From Pseudomonadota bacterium (lineage in GTDB: Bacteria; Myxococcota; JACRCW01; JAFGSX01), in NCBI GenBank assembly GCA_043821645.1, contig JBDRCO010000063.1, positions 31,458 through 95,457 on the forward strand: a stretch of DNA of 64,000 bases, in the 5' to 3' direction. Made by a program: the position numbers and the translations under genes. Under the pieces are notes generated by a model. The model was not told the origin of the DNA and made no database searches. It saw nothing but the letters and a program-made list of their open reading frames with translations. Shown piece after piece: positions 8,687 through 18,032 of the stretch; within the stretch, counting starts at the first letter, position 1, and each line of letters opens with the position of its first letter.

Positions 8687-10935
8687 GCTTCTCCCGTCGT
8701 CAATTCATCCAGATCGGCGCCGGTGGCGTCGGTGCAGCCGCGGTGTCGGGACTGTCGACGAACTGGTGGGGCCTGGACCGCAATCCCGTTCCGGATCCCC
8801 AGACCGACGGCGAGCAGGTCATCCCGACCTTCTGCGAGCTGTGCTTCTGGAAGTGCGGTGTGCTGGCCCACGTCAAGGATGGCGTGGTGACCAAGCTCAA
8901 GGGCAACCCCGCCCACCCGCTGTCCCGGGGCCGCCTGTGCCCGCGCGGCGTCGGTGGCACGGGCCTGCTGTACGACCCCGATCGCCTGAAGAAGCCGCTC
9001 ATCCGTGTCAACGCCCGCGGCGGCCAGGAGTTCCGGGAAGCGAGCTGGGACGAAGCCCTGGACCACATCGCCGAGAAGTTGGGCGAGGTGCGCCAGAAGC
9101 ACGGCCCGGAGGCGGTGGCGCTGTTCTCCCACGGCTACGGCGGGTCGTGGTTCAAGCACCTGTGCAAGGCCTGCGGCACACCCAACATCAGCGCGCCGTC
9201 CTATGCCCAGTGCCGTGGCCCACGCGAGGTGGGCTACTACCTGACCTTCGGCAGCGGCCTGGGATCGCCAGAGCCCCTGGACATCGAGAACGCTCGCTGC
9301 CTGGTGTTCCTGGGCTCGCACCTGGGCGAGAACATGCACAACACCCAGGTGCAGGAGTTTGCCGAGGCCATCTCCCGCGGCGCCGAGCTGGTGGTGGTGG
9401 ACCCGCGCTTCTCGACGGCCGCCGGCAAGGCGCGCTACTGGTTGCCCATCAAGCCCGGCACCGATCTGGCCTTGCTCCTGGCCTGGATGAACGTGATCCT
9501 CGAAGAGAAGCGCTACGACGCGGACTACCTGCAGAGCTTCGCCACGGGTCTCGACGAGCTCAAGACGCACGTGGCGGACAAGACGCCGGAGTGGGCCTAT
9601 CCCATCACCGGCATCCGCCCGGAGCTGATCCGCGAGACCGCGCGCTTCATCGCCTCGTTCAGACCCGCGACCTTGATCCACCCGGGCCGCCGCACCACCT
9701 GGTACGGCGATGACACCCAGCGCGGCCGCGCCATGGCCATCCTCACGGCCCTGTTCGGCGCCTACGGCCACCGCGGCGGCATCCTGATGACCTCGGCCAT
9801 GGAGATCCCCAAGTTCCCGCTGAACAAGCCCTACCCCGAGCACAAGGACATCGTGGACAGGCCCAAGCCCAGCATGTACCCGCTTGCCGACGAGGTGCTG
9901 GCCTCGGGCGTGTGCGACGCCAGCATTCCGGGCACCGCGGGGTATGACGTCAAGGCCTGGATCGTCTATGGCACCAACCTGCTGCAGTGCCTGCCCAACC
10001 CCGAGCAGACCAAGAAGGCCATACAGGCGCTCGAGTTCATCGTGGCCATCGACGTGATGCCGTCGGAGATCTGTGGCTGGGCCGACGTGGTGCTGCCCGA
10101 GTGCACTTATCTGGAGCGTTGCGACGAGGTATGGGCGCCCGCCTACAAGCAACCCTTCCTGGCTGTGCGCCAGGCCGTGGTCGAACCCATGTACGAGTCC
10201 AAGCCCGGCTGGTGGATCGCCGCCGAGCTGGCCCGGCGCTCTGGCCACGGCGACTACTTCCCGTGGAAGGACAGCGTCGAGTACGCGATGGCGCGGGTGA
10301 AGGCTGCTGGTCTGGACTGCGACCAGCTCAAGAAGACAGGTGTGGCCCTGGGTAAGATCACGCCGACCTGCATCGAGGAGGGCTTGACCCCGACCTTTGA
10401 CACGCCCAGCGGCAAGATCGAGCTGCACTCTCCGCAGCTCGCCGCCCTGGGCTTTGATCCCATCCCCAACTTCACACCGCCGGACGAACCGCCCCCGGGC
10501 ATGTTCCGGTTGCTGTTCGGGCGTTCGCCCGTGCACACCTTTGGCCGCACCACCAACAACCCGGTGCTGACCAATCTGCAGGCCGAGAACGAGGTGTGGA
10601 TCAACGCCGACGTGGCGCGGGAGCTGCCCGGTCTCGACGGACCGCTGCAGGACGGCGAACGCGTGGTGCTGGTCAACCAGGACGATGTGCGCTCGAACTC
10701 CGTGCGTGCCAAGGTCACCCAGCGCATCCGCGGCGACTGCGTGTACCTGGTGCATGGCTTTGGCCACACCGCGCCCGGACTGCGCTTCGCCCGAAACCGC
10801 GGTGCCAGCGATAGCGAGCTGGTCACCCGCTTCAAGGTCGATCCCATCATGGGCGGTACCGGCATGAACGTGAACTTCGTGCGCATCGAGCGCGCGCCCA
10901 AGGCGTCCACCGCCGAGAGCGGGAGGTCCGCATGA
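8683..10935 (+). CDS. psrA: Polysulfide/thiosulfate reductase catalytic molybdopterin subunit (PsrA/PhsA family)
   Basis: Tat signal SRRQFI; FS0 motif CELCFWKC...LCPRG; Mo-ligand region APSYAQCRGPR; C-terminal molydopterin dinucleotide-binding domain. Confidence 0.85.
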   Translation: MSFSRRQFIQIGAGGVGAAAVSGLSTNWWGLDRNPVPDPQTDGEQVIPTFCELCFWKCGVLAHVKDGVVTKLKGNPAHPLSRGRLCPRGVGGTGLLYDPDRLKKPLIRVNARGGQEFREASWDEALDHIAEKLGEVRQKHGPEAVALFSHGYGGSWFKHLCKACGTPNISAPSYAQCRGPREVGYYLTFGSGLGSPEPLDIENARCLVFLGSHLGENMHNTQVQEFAEAISRGAELVVVDPRFSTAAGKARYWLPIKPGTDLALLLAWMNVILEEKRYDADYLQSFATGLDELKTHVADKTPEWAYPITGIRPELIRETARFIASFRPATLIHPGRRTTWYGDDTQRGRAMAILTALFGAYGHRGGILMTSAMEIPKFPLNKPYPEHKDIVDRPKPSMYPLADEVLASGVCDASIPGTAGYDVKAWIVYGTNLLQCLPNPEQTKKAIQALEFIVAIDVMPSEICGWADVVLPECTYLERCDEVWAPAYKQPFLAVRQAVVEPMYESKPGWWIAAELARRSGHGDYFPWKDSVEYAMARVKAAGLDCDQLKKTGVALGKITPTCIEEGLTPTFDTPSGKIELHSPQLAALGFDPIPNFTPPDEPPPGMFRLLFGRSPVHTFGRTTNNPVLTNLQAENEVWINADVARELPGLDGPLQDGERVVLVNQDDVRSNSVRAKVTQRIRGDCVYLVHGFGHTAPGLRFARNRGASDSELVTRFKVDPIMGGTGMNVNFVRIERAPKASTAESGRSA

Positions 10936-11468
10936 CCCGCTATGCCATGACCATGGATACCCGGCGCTGCGTCGCCTGCCAGGCCTGCGTGCTGTCGTGC
11001 AAGGCCGAGAACAAGGTGCCCGCCGAGGGCTTTCGCGACTGGGTGGTGCAGGTGACCAGCGGAAAGTTTCCGACGCTGCAGCAGGAGAATCGCTCCGAGC
11101 GATGCAATCACTGTGCGTCGCCCGCCTGCGTGGCGGCCTGCCCCACCGGTGCCAGCCACGTCGGCGAGGGTGGCACTGTGCTGGTCAACTACAACAAGTG
11201 CTCGGGCTGCAAGGCCTGCATCGCCGCCTGCCCCTACGGTGCGCGCTACGTGCACAGCGAGGGCTGGATAGACAAGTGCACCTTCTGCCTGCACCGCGTG
11301 GTCGAGGGCAAGAGGCCTGGCTGCGTGGAGATCTGTCCCACCGGCTCGCTGGTCTTTGGAGATCTCGACGACCCGGACAGCGAGGTGTCGAAGCTGCTGC
11401 GCGCGCGCGGCCACAAGGTGCTCAAGCCAGAACAGGGGCTGAAGCCGCAGATGTACTTCCTGACCTGA
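10932..11468 (+). CDS. psrB: 4Fe-4S electron transfer subunit (PsrB/NrfC family)
   Basis: Four Fe-S motifs (CVACQAC, CNHCASPAC, CSGCKAC, KCTFC..CVEICP). Confidence 0.88.
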   Translation: MTRYAMTMDTRRCVACQACVLSCKAENKVPAEGFRDWVVQVTSGKFPTLQQENRSERCNHCASPACVAACPTGASHVGEGGTVLVNYNKCSGCKACIAACPYGARYVHSEGWIDKCTFCLHRVVEGKRPGCVEICPTGSLVFGDLDDPDSEVSKLLRARGHKVLKPEQGLKPQMYFLT

Positions 11469-11507
11469 GTCCGGATGCGGGCCGACGACCCCGCGAGGAG
11501 AGGACGC

Positions 11508-12026
11508 ATGGAAACCAAGGAACAGAAATTCTGGAACCCCTACCTGGCCGGCGTGGCACTGGGCCTGGTTCTCCTGGCCTCCTTTGTCATCATGGGTCAG
11601 GGCCTGGGGGCGTCGGGAGCGGTGTACCACGCAGGCGTCGCAGCCCTGGCCGCGGTGGCGCCTGACCACGTCGCCAGCAGCCCCTACATGGGCAAGCTCA
11701 TCGCCGACGGCAAGAGTCCCTGGGACAACTTCTTCGTGTTCCTGGTGCTGGGTGCCTTCCTCGGCGGCGCGGTGTCGTCGTACGCCGCGGGACGCATGAA
11801 GCTCGGCGTGTACAAGGGACCGCGCATCAGCGTGCCCTGGCGCCTCACCCTGGCCCTCTCGGGTGGCATCCTGATGGGCTTCGCCGCGCGCTTGACCCGG
11901 GGCTGCACCTCGGGCCAGGCACTGTCGGGCGGCGCCATGCTGTCCGCGGGGAGCTGGATCTTCATGCTGTCGGTGTTCGCCGGCGGCTACGCGGTGGCGT
12001 ACTTCATCAGGAGGGAGTGGATATGA
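11508..12026 (+). CDS. YeeE/YedE family sulfur-compound transporter (N-half type)
   Basis: WNPYLAGV, GLGASG, FAARLTRGCTSGQAL; AGGA RBS before ATG 11508. Confidence 0.88.
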   Translation: METKEQKFWNPYLAGVALGLVLLASFVIMGQGLGASGAVYHAGVAALAAVAPDHVASSPYMGKLIADGKSPWDNFFVFLVLGAFLGGAVSSYAAGRMKLGVYKGPRISVPWRLTLALSGGILMGFAARLTRGCTSGQALSGGAMLSAGSWIFMLSVFAGGYAVAYFIRREWI

Positions 12027-13237
12027 TCTTCCCCTTCGAGTCCCTCGTGGGCAGCCTGCACCAGGTTGGCCTGGTGGTCGGCGTGATGATCGGTTTCGGC
12101 TTTGGCTTCGTGCTCGAGCGCGCGGGTTTTGGCCGCTCGACCAAGCTGGCCGCGCAGTTCTACCTGTACGACATGACGGTGTTCAAGGTCATGTTCGGCG
12201 CCATCGTCACGGCCATGCTGGGTCTGGTGCTGGGCAACGGACTGGGCTTGCTCGACCTGGCCAGCCTGTCGGCGGGCGCGGTCTCCAGCACCTTCGTGTG
12301 GCCCATGCTCATCGGTGGCTTCGTGCTGGGCATGGGCTTCATCATCTCGGGCTACTGCCCGGGCACCTCGCTGGTGGCCACGGCCTCGGGCAACGTGGAC
12401 GGCCTGTTCACGGTCCTCGGTGTGGTCCTGGGCTCGCTGATCTTCGGCGAGGTCTACCCGGCCATCGAGGGCTTCTTCCTGTCCGGCAACCAGGGCCAGC
12501 TCTTCCTGTACCAGTGGCTGGGCGTGCCCCCGGTGGTGCTGGCCGGGATCGTCACCGTCGTCGCCATCGCCGCCTTCTTCGGCGCCGAGAAGGTCGAGAA
12601 GATCATGACCGCCCGCATCGCGGTGGCGCGCGAGGTGGTCGACGAGGAACTGCGCAGCGCGCCGGTGCCTCGACGCTACGCGTTTGGATTTTTCGGCGGC
12701 ACGCTGGCCGTGGCCCTGGTCACCCTGTTCCTGCCTGTGTCCGCGCCAGCCCGGGAGCGCCCCACAGATCACGCCCAGGTCGACGTGACCAGCCTGGCCC
12801 ACCAGATCCTCGACACGCCGTGGAGCCTGCGCATCCTCGACGTGCGCGATCGCAAGGACTGTTTGGCCGAACGCGTGCCCGGCGCCGAGTGCGTGCCGGT
12901 CGCGGACCTGGACAAGCTGGGCCTGGGCTTCGCCGCCGGTCAGCGCACCCTGGTCGTGGTCGGTGATGCTGCGCTGGGCGAAGTGCCGCAGGAGGCCCTG
13001 GCGTATCCGGGCAAGGTGCGCCTGCTCCGGGGCGGCCATGGCGCCTGGCACGATTTCGCCCTGAGCGATCCCACACCCCCCGACGCCACCGCCAGCGCCG
13101 AGGTGCGTGACGCCTTCACCTTCAGAAGTGCCGTGCACGCGGTCATGACCGGCGCCCGGGCGGCTGCGCCACCACCGGCGGCCCCCGTCGAGGGATTGGT
13201 TCCGAAGAAGAAGAAAAAAGAGGGTGGCTGCGGCTGA
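12023..13237 (+). CDS. YeeE/YedE family transporter (C-half type) fused to rhodanese-like domain and C-terminal GGCG tail
   Basis: GFGFGFVLERAGF, DMTVFKVMF, GYCPGTS; then ILDVR...RVPGA...LLRGG rhodanese fold; ends KKKKKEGGCG. Confidence 0.85.
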   Translation: MIFPFESLVGSLHQVGLVVGVMIGFGFGFVLERAGFGRSTKLAAQFYLYDMTVFKVMFGAIVTAMLGLVLGNGLGLLDLASLSAGAVSSTFVWPMLIGGFVLGMGFIISGYCPGTSLVATASGNVDGLFTVLGVVLGSLIFGEVYPAIEGFFLSGNQGQLFLYQWLGVPPVVLAGIVTVVAIAAFFGAEKVEKIMTARIAVAREVVDEELRSAPVPRRYAFGFFGGTLAVALVTLFLPVSAPARERPTDHAQVDVTSLAHQILDTPWSLRILDVRDRKDCLAERVPGAECVPVADLDKLGLGFAAGQRTLVVVGDAALGEVPQEALAYPGKVRLLRGGHGAWHDFALSDPTPPDATASAEVRDAFTFRSAVHAVMTGARAAAPPPAAPVEGLVPKKKKKEGGCG

Positions 13238-13260
13238 TCCACACCCGCACCGCGGAGAGA

Positions 13261-14217
13261 GTGATGCCCGAAATCGACATGGTCCGGCACAGCCTCCAGA
13301 TCGACCCCCAGCTGACCATCTGGGGCTGGGAGATCCCGCTGTACCTCTTCCTGGGAGGCCTCACCGCAGGCCTCATGATCCTGGGTGCGGCGCTGCGCCT
13401 GCGCACGGCGGACGATGCTGCGCCACGCTGGGAGCGCTGGCTGCCCTTCGCGGCGCCGGTGTTGATCAGTCTGGGCATGCTGGCTCTGTTCCTCGACCTC
13501 GCCCACCGCGAGCACGTGTGGCGCTTCTACATGGCGTTCAGACCCACCTCACCCATGTCCTGGGGCGCGTGGATCTTGATCGCCATCTACCCCGCGACCC
13601 TGCTGCTCGGCCTGCAAGGTTTGCAGGACAGCGAGGTGAGCTGGTTGCGCGCCCTCGCGCCGGTGCGCGCCCTCAAGCTCGACGGTGTGATCACCTGGGC
13701 CCGGGAGCTGGCCACGCGCCAGGCTCGCATGCTGTGGTGGAGCAACATCGTGCTCGGTGTGGCCCTGGGCGCGTACACGGGTTTGCTGCTGGGGACCTTG
13801 GCCGCGCGTCCGGCCTGGAACAGCGTCGTGCTGGGTCCCCTGTTCCTGGTCTCGGGTCTGTCCACGGGCGCGGCCCTGATGATGCTGTTCCCGCTGGGAG
13901 AGCGCAGTCATCACCTGCTGCGACGCTGGGACGTGCTCGCCATCGTGGTCGAGGTGCTGCTGCTGGGCCTGTTCTTCCTGGGCCTGTCTGCCAGTGCCGG
14001 CCCCGCGGGTGATGGCGCCGTGGCCATGTTCTTTGGCGGACGCTTCACGGCGGCGTTCTGGTCGCTGGTCGTGGCTGCGGGCCTGATCGTGCCCCTGGCC
14101 CTGGAGCTGATCGAGGCCAGGCGGGGCTTGCGACCGACGCTGGTGGCGCCGGCCCTGATCCTCGTCGGTGGGCTATCGCTGCGCTGGATCCTGGTGGCAG
14201 CGGGACAGGTGAGCTGA
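13261..14217 (+). CDS. psrC: Polysulfide reductase membrane anchor (PsrC/NrfD family)
   Basis: WGWEIPLYLFLGGL, LFLDL, TSPMSWGAWIL, YTGLLL, LRW. Confidence 0.88.
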   Translation: MMPEIDMVRHSLQIDPQLTIWGWEIPLYLFLGGLTAGLMILGAALRLRTADDAAPRWERWLPFAAPVLISLGMLALFLDLAHREHVWRFYMAFRPTSPMSWGAWILIAIYPATLLLGLQGLQDSEVSWLRALAPVRALKLDGVITWARELATRQARMLWWSNIVLGVALGAYTGLLLGTLAARPAWNSVVLGPLFLVSGLSTGAALMMLFPLGERSHHLLRRWDVLAIVVEVLLLGLFFLGLSASAGPAGDGAVAMFFGGRFTAAFWSLVVAAGLIVPLALELIEARRGLRPTLVAPALILVGGLSLRWILVAAGQVS

Positions 14218-14252
14218 GCGCTCCGACCGCTCTTCGGCCCGGACCTGTCCCT

Positions 14253-15176
14253 TCACGAGTCCCGGTCACAGCCCAAAGATGCACCGACCTGCCGCGAACC
14301 TGACCTGGGCGGTGCGCGCAGCAGCACAAGCTCCGAGTAGAGCCCATCGATCTGATCGGCCCTCAAGCCCCGGGACAGGAACACGCCCTGGCGGTCCCAG
14401 CGCACCAGGGACAGCGGCGGGAGTTCCAGTCCTGCCACGAAGCGGGACGGAACATCGAGCATGCGAACCGCCAGTGCCCGGTGCAGGGCGCGCTTGATGA
14501 CGTCGACACAGGACAGGAACAGCTCTCCACTCGCGATGTGGTGAAAGGTCGCGGTGGCGAGGCCCCGCAGCCCGGGATCGATGGTGAACACCGCGTAGCA
14601 GTCCCCCCGACGAGTTCTGGCCAGCACGTGATGACCCTCGAGTCCGACATGATCACGGTGGAGCTGCTGCTGCGCCGGGGTGAGCGAGCGCACCATCCTG
14701 CCGTCGTCGACGAAGACCCCGGCGCCCTCTCGACGGCGGCGGGCCAGTCCCGGCAACACGGGCATGAGCACCCGGCTGGTGTCCAGGGGGGCGAAGCCCA
14801 GGCGCCCCCACAGGGGGCGAACGTGCGGCGCGGCGGTGAAATCGGTGATGGTGTAACCCTGGGCGGCCAGCCTGAAGAGGGGAAACAGCAGCAAGGAACT
14901 CTGCGCGCGAAAGGCCGGATCCACGGCCCAGGTGGACAGGCTGCAGAACTTGTGAACGACCCCATCCACGGGGCGCCGGCTGTAGATATGGCCGATGAAA
15001 CCCACGATCCTGCCCTCGTCGACCATGCGGTAGCCGCAGCAGCCCTCGTCGGTGCTCCAGCGCTGTGTGAACAGCTGGGCTATCGTGGCGTGGTCGAGAT
15101 CCGGGAAATGACGGATCAGGAAGGTGCTGATCGGAGCCTGATCGCGAGCCGTGGCCGGGTGGATCGATGCCGTCAT
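14253..15176 (-). CDS. GNAT-fold acyl/aminoacyl transferase
   Basis: IVGFIG...LSTWAVDPAFRAQS motif-A-like; RLGF; last gene of the minus-strand cluster. Confidence 0.7.
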   Translation of the reverse strand: MTASIHPATARDQAPISTFLIRHFPDLDHATIAQLFTQRWSTDEGCCGYRMVDEGRIVGFIGHIYSRRPVDGVVHKFCSLSTWAVDPAFRAQSSLLLFPLFRLAAQGYTITDFTAAPHVRPLWGRLGFAPLDTSRVLMPVLPGLARRRREGAGVFVDDGRMVRSLTPAQQQLHRDHVGLEGHHVLARTRRGDCYAVFTIDPGLRGLATATFHHIASGELFLSCVDVIKRALHRALAVRMLDVPSRFVAGLELPPLSLVRWDRQGVFLSRGLRADQIDGLYSELVLLRAPPRSGSRQVGASLGCDRDS

Positions 15177-15214
15177 GGCAGGTACCCTCCCCTGCGCGCC
15201 ACCTGCGAGCAGGT

Positions 15215-15487
15215 TCAGGGGCGCGTCCCGCTCGCCGCGACCTGGGCCACGAGGTGAGCCAGGGATTCAATGGTGTCGAGCGCCTCCAGCGGGAACTCCA
15301 CGGTGAACAGATCCACTCCGTAACTGTCGGCCACGAACACGACGGTCTCGACGATGCCAAAGGAATCGACGAAGAGCTCGCGCACCGGGTTGGTGGACGC
15401 GTGGATCTCGCTGGCGCGGTCCGGATAGGTCTCGCGGTAGAAGGCGAGCAGACCGTCGAGCACCTGCCGGTGGTCCACCGCGCTCAT
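15215..15487 (-). CDS. Stand-alone acyl/peptidyl carrier protein (DltC-like)
   Basis: 90 aa, acidic; phosphopantetheine site FVDSFGIVE; C-terminal DTIESLA. Confidence 0.85.
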   Translation of the reverse strand: MSAVDHRQVLDGLLAFYRETYPDRASEIHASTNPVRELFVDSFGIVETVVFVADSYGVDLFTVEFPLEALDTIESLAHLVAQVAASGTRP

Positions 15488-16635
15488 GGGGTCCCCGCGC
15501 CTGGTCTCGCCTTCACAGCTTCGAGCGCCTGCGCGAGGTCCGCGATCAGATCCGCCGCACTCTCGATGCCCACAGACAGCCGCAGCAGCGACGGAGTGAG
15601 TCCGATCGTGGCTTTCTCCTCGGGCGTCATGGAGAGGTGGCTCCCGGAGTACGGTATGGCCACGGCCGAGGTCACGCAGGCCAGGGACGTCCCTCGATCG
15701 AAGAGCTGGAGCGCGGCGACAAAGCTCCCGACGGCACTCTCGCCCGGGTCCTTCAAGGTCAAAAAGATCATGCCGCCGTAGTCGCGCAGCTGAACGCCGT
15801 CCACCGTCGGCTGCATCACCTCGGCCACCATCGCGTGAGACGACAGGAAGCGCACGATCTGCCGCGTGTTGTCGATGTGGCGCTGCAATCGGAGTTCCAG
15901 CGTCTGCAGGCTGCGACGAAGCAGCCAGGCGGCAAAGGGATCTGGCACGGCCCCGGCATAGAACCGGAACTTGCGGAGCTGCTCGACGATCGTCGGGGAC
16001 GCGGCGCAGGCGATGCCGAGGATGAGGTCGCTGTGTCCCGAGAAAAACTTGGAGGCACTGTAGACGACGATATCCGCGCCGTGCTCGAGGGGTCTTTGCA
16101 GCAGTGGCGTGGCCCAGGTGTTGTCCACCACGAGGAGCGCGTCAGGACAGCGCGCCTTGAAAGCCGAGGCGATGGCCCGGATATCGAGGGTCTTCAGGAA
16201 TGGGTTGGTCGGGGTCTCCAGCACGATCATACGAGGGTGTGCGTCCAGTGCTGATCGCAGTTGCCCAGGATCCCCCAGATCGACGACGTGCAGGTCTATC
16301 CCCAGATGGGCACACTGGTCCTGGATGAAACGGTACGAGCAGCCATAGATGAGGCGGTTGACGACGAGAACCTCGCCGGGCCGCAGGAGAGATAGGACGG
16401 CAGAGATACTGGCCATGCCCGCGCTGTACAGGACGCTGCCCGCCGCTCCGTCGAGGGCACAGAAGAGCGTTTCGACCTCCTCGAAGTTGGGGTTGCTGTT
16501 GCGCGTGTAGAAGTACGGATCTCCGGAACGGAAGGCGCTGGCCTGGAAGATGGGGGTCGACACCGGGTCGGCATCCTGGTGCTTGATCCGGTGTCGCACC
16601 AGCAGCGTCCCCGGGCTTCTCGCAACGCGGCTCAC
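15484..16635 (-). CDS. PLP-dependent trans-sulfuration family enzyme (cystathionine gamma-lyase/synthase-like)
   Basis: PIFQAS, YTRNSNPN, SAGMASI, ETPTNP, VVDNTW, SASKFFSGHSD (PLP Lys), LRLSVGIE. Confidence 0.92.
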   Translation of the reverse strand: MSRVARSPGTLLVRHRIKHQDADPVSTPIFQASAFRSGDPYFYTRNSNPNFEEVETLFCALDGAAGSVLYSAGMASISAVLSLLRPGEVLVVNRLIYGCSYRFIQDQCAHLGIDLHVVDLGDPGQLRSALDAHPRMIVLETPTNPFLKTLDIRAIASAFKARCPDALLVVDNTWATPLLQRPLEHGADIVVYSASKFFSGHSDLILGIACAASPTIVEQLRKFRFYAGAVPDPFAAWLLRRSLQTLELRLQRHIDNTRQIVRFLSSHAMVAEVMQPTVDGVQLRDYGGMIFLTLKDPGESAVGSFVAALQLFDRGTSLACVTSAVAIPYSGSHLSMTPEEKATIGLTPSLLRLSVGIESAADLIADLAQALEAVKARPGAGTP

Positions 16636-18032
16636 GAGGCCTCACCTGTGCCCGGCGCATCTCCTTGCACGGGGTAGTAGGCCCGATCGAGCAGCCCCAG
16701 CACCCGCGGGCTCGCGGCACGATGGTAAAGCCGCAGGCCCCGCTCATCGGGTCGAGATCTCGACACCATGAAGCGGGGAACCCCGCAGCGGCGTGTCAAA
16801 CCCAGCGGCTGGCCCTGAGCATCGATGGCGACGTAGCACAGGGGCTCCGAGGACGTGTTCTCGACGTGCACGCAGGTGATGTCGCCACTCCAGGTGTAGT
16901 CCACCTGTCTCCAGGTTTGCAGGTCCTGCACCTCACGGGGTGGGACGATGTTGTCCGCCGGAGTGGGATCCCAGAACACGATGTCGGGTTGTCCGCCGCA
17001 GGCCGGGCAGGTGTGATCGGCGCGCAGATGGTTCGTGAGGGTGAGGCCGTAGCGCTCGATCAGGGGCTCACCGCAGTCGCAACGCGTGGTGTTGCCCTCT
17101 CCCTGCAACAGGTTGCCGGTGTAGACATGGCGGAGTCCCAGCGCGAGAGCAGACCGTCGTGCACGGTGCAGGAGCTCCACCGAGGTCCGCTCGACGCCGG
17201 TGTAGCGATGATCCGGATGAAAGCGCACGTAGTGCAGCGGCACCCCGGGTCCCAGCTGTTCAAGAACCCAGCGCGCCACCTTGTCTGTCTCGCGGAGGGT
17301 ATCGTTGCGCCCTGTGACGACCAGGTTGGAGATCTCCAGGTGCCGTCCACTGCGCTGAACCTGCCGGATGGCATCCAGCACCGGAGGCAGGCGGCCCCCG
17401 GTGTACTTCCGGTAGTACTCGCGGCTCATGGACTTCAGCGAGATGCTGAACACGTCGATGACGTCGATGAGTTCGTCCACAGCCCGCGGGCTGATGTAGA
17501 ACGCGGACTTGTACACGTTGCGCAAGCCGTGCTGCCGGGCCAGACGCGCCGCGTCCAGCACGAACTCGTGCCACACCACAGGGTCGTCGTAGGTCCAGCA
17601 CAGGATGCGGATGCCGGCTTCCAGCGCGCGGCGAACCAGGTCCTCGGCGCTGTACAGCAGGATGTCCACGTCCTCGGTGAGGACGGCCTGGCTGGTATGC
17701 CAGTTGTGGCAAAAATCGCAGCGCAGGTTGCAGCCGATATTGCCAACGGAGAGCGTCCGCTCACCCGGGCAGTAGTGCCAGATCGCCTCGGTCTCGATGG
17801 CATCCTGGGTGATCTGAACGCTCTTGCCATAGTTGAGCGTGACCAGGGAGCCCTCCTGGTTCGCCCGCACCTTGCAGTAACCCAGGTGGCCGCGACGCAC
17901 GTGGCACTGGCGCGGACACAGCTCGCAGATCACCTCGCCCTTTCCGTCGTCAGAAGGTCGCCACAAGCGCGCCGGATGCGACGTCGCGAGGAGCTTGGCC
18001 GGGAGCCTGCTGCCCTTCCAGGTTTCTTTCAC
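16632..18032 (-). CDS. AmmeMemoRadiSam-type radical SAM enzyme with C-terminal extension
   Basis: CELCPRQC..GYCKVR; GCNLRCDFCHN (CxxxCxxC); LHYVRFHPD; VYTGN..CDCG..CPACG; GTG start overlaps upstream TGA. Confidence 0.88.
   Translation of the reverse strand: MKETWKGSRLPAKLLATSHPARLWRPSDDGKGEVICELCPRQCHVRRGHLGYCKVRANQEGSLVTLNYGKSVQITQDAIETEAIWHYCPGERTLSVGNIGCNLRCDFCHNWHTSQAVLTEDVDILLYSAEDLVRRALEAGIRILCWTYDDPVVWHEFVLDAARLARQHGLRNVYKSAFYISPRAVDELIDVIDVFSISLKSMSREYYRKYTGGRLPPVLDAIRQVQRSGRHLEISNLVVTGRNDTLRETDKVARWVLEQLGPGVPLHYVRFHPDHRYTGVERTSVELLHRARRSALALGLRHVYTGNLLQGEGNTTRCDCGEPLIERYGLTLTNHLRADHTCPACGGQPDIVFWDPTPADNIVPPREVQDLQTWRQVDYTWSGDITCVHVENTSSEPLCYVAIDAQGQPLGLTRRCGVPRFMVSRSRPDERGLRLYHRAASPRVLGLLDRAYYPVQGDAPGTGEAS

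Noticed and set aside
8683-10935. Respiratory arsenate reductase ArrA, suggested by the adjacent ArsR
   Set aside because: FS0 spacing is CxxCxxxC and the Mo-ligand region is APSYAQC rather than the ArrA-type SHSSICAE; no ars resistance genes; YeeE neighbours point to sulfur.
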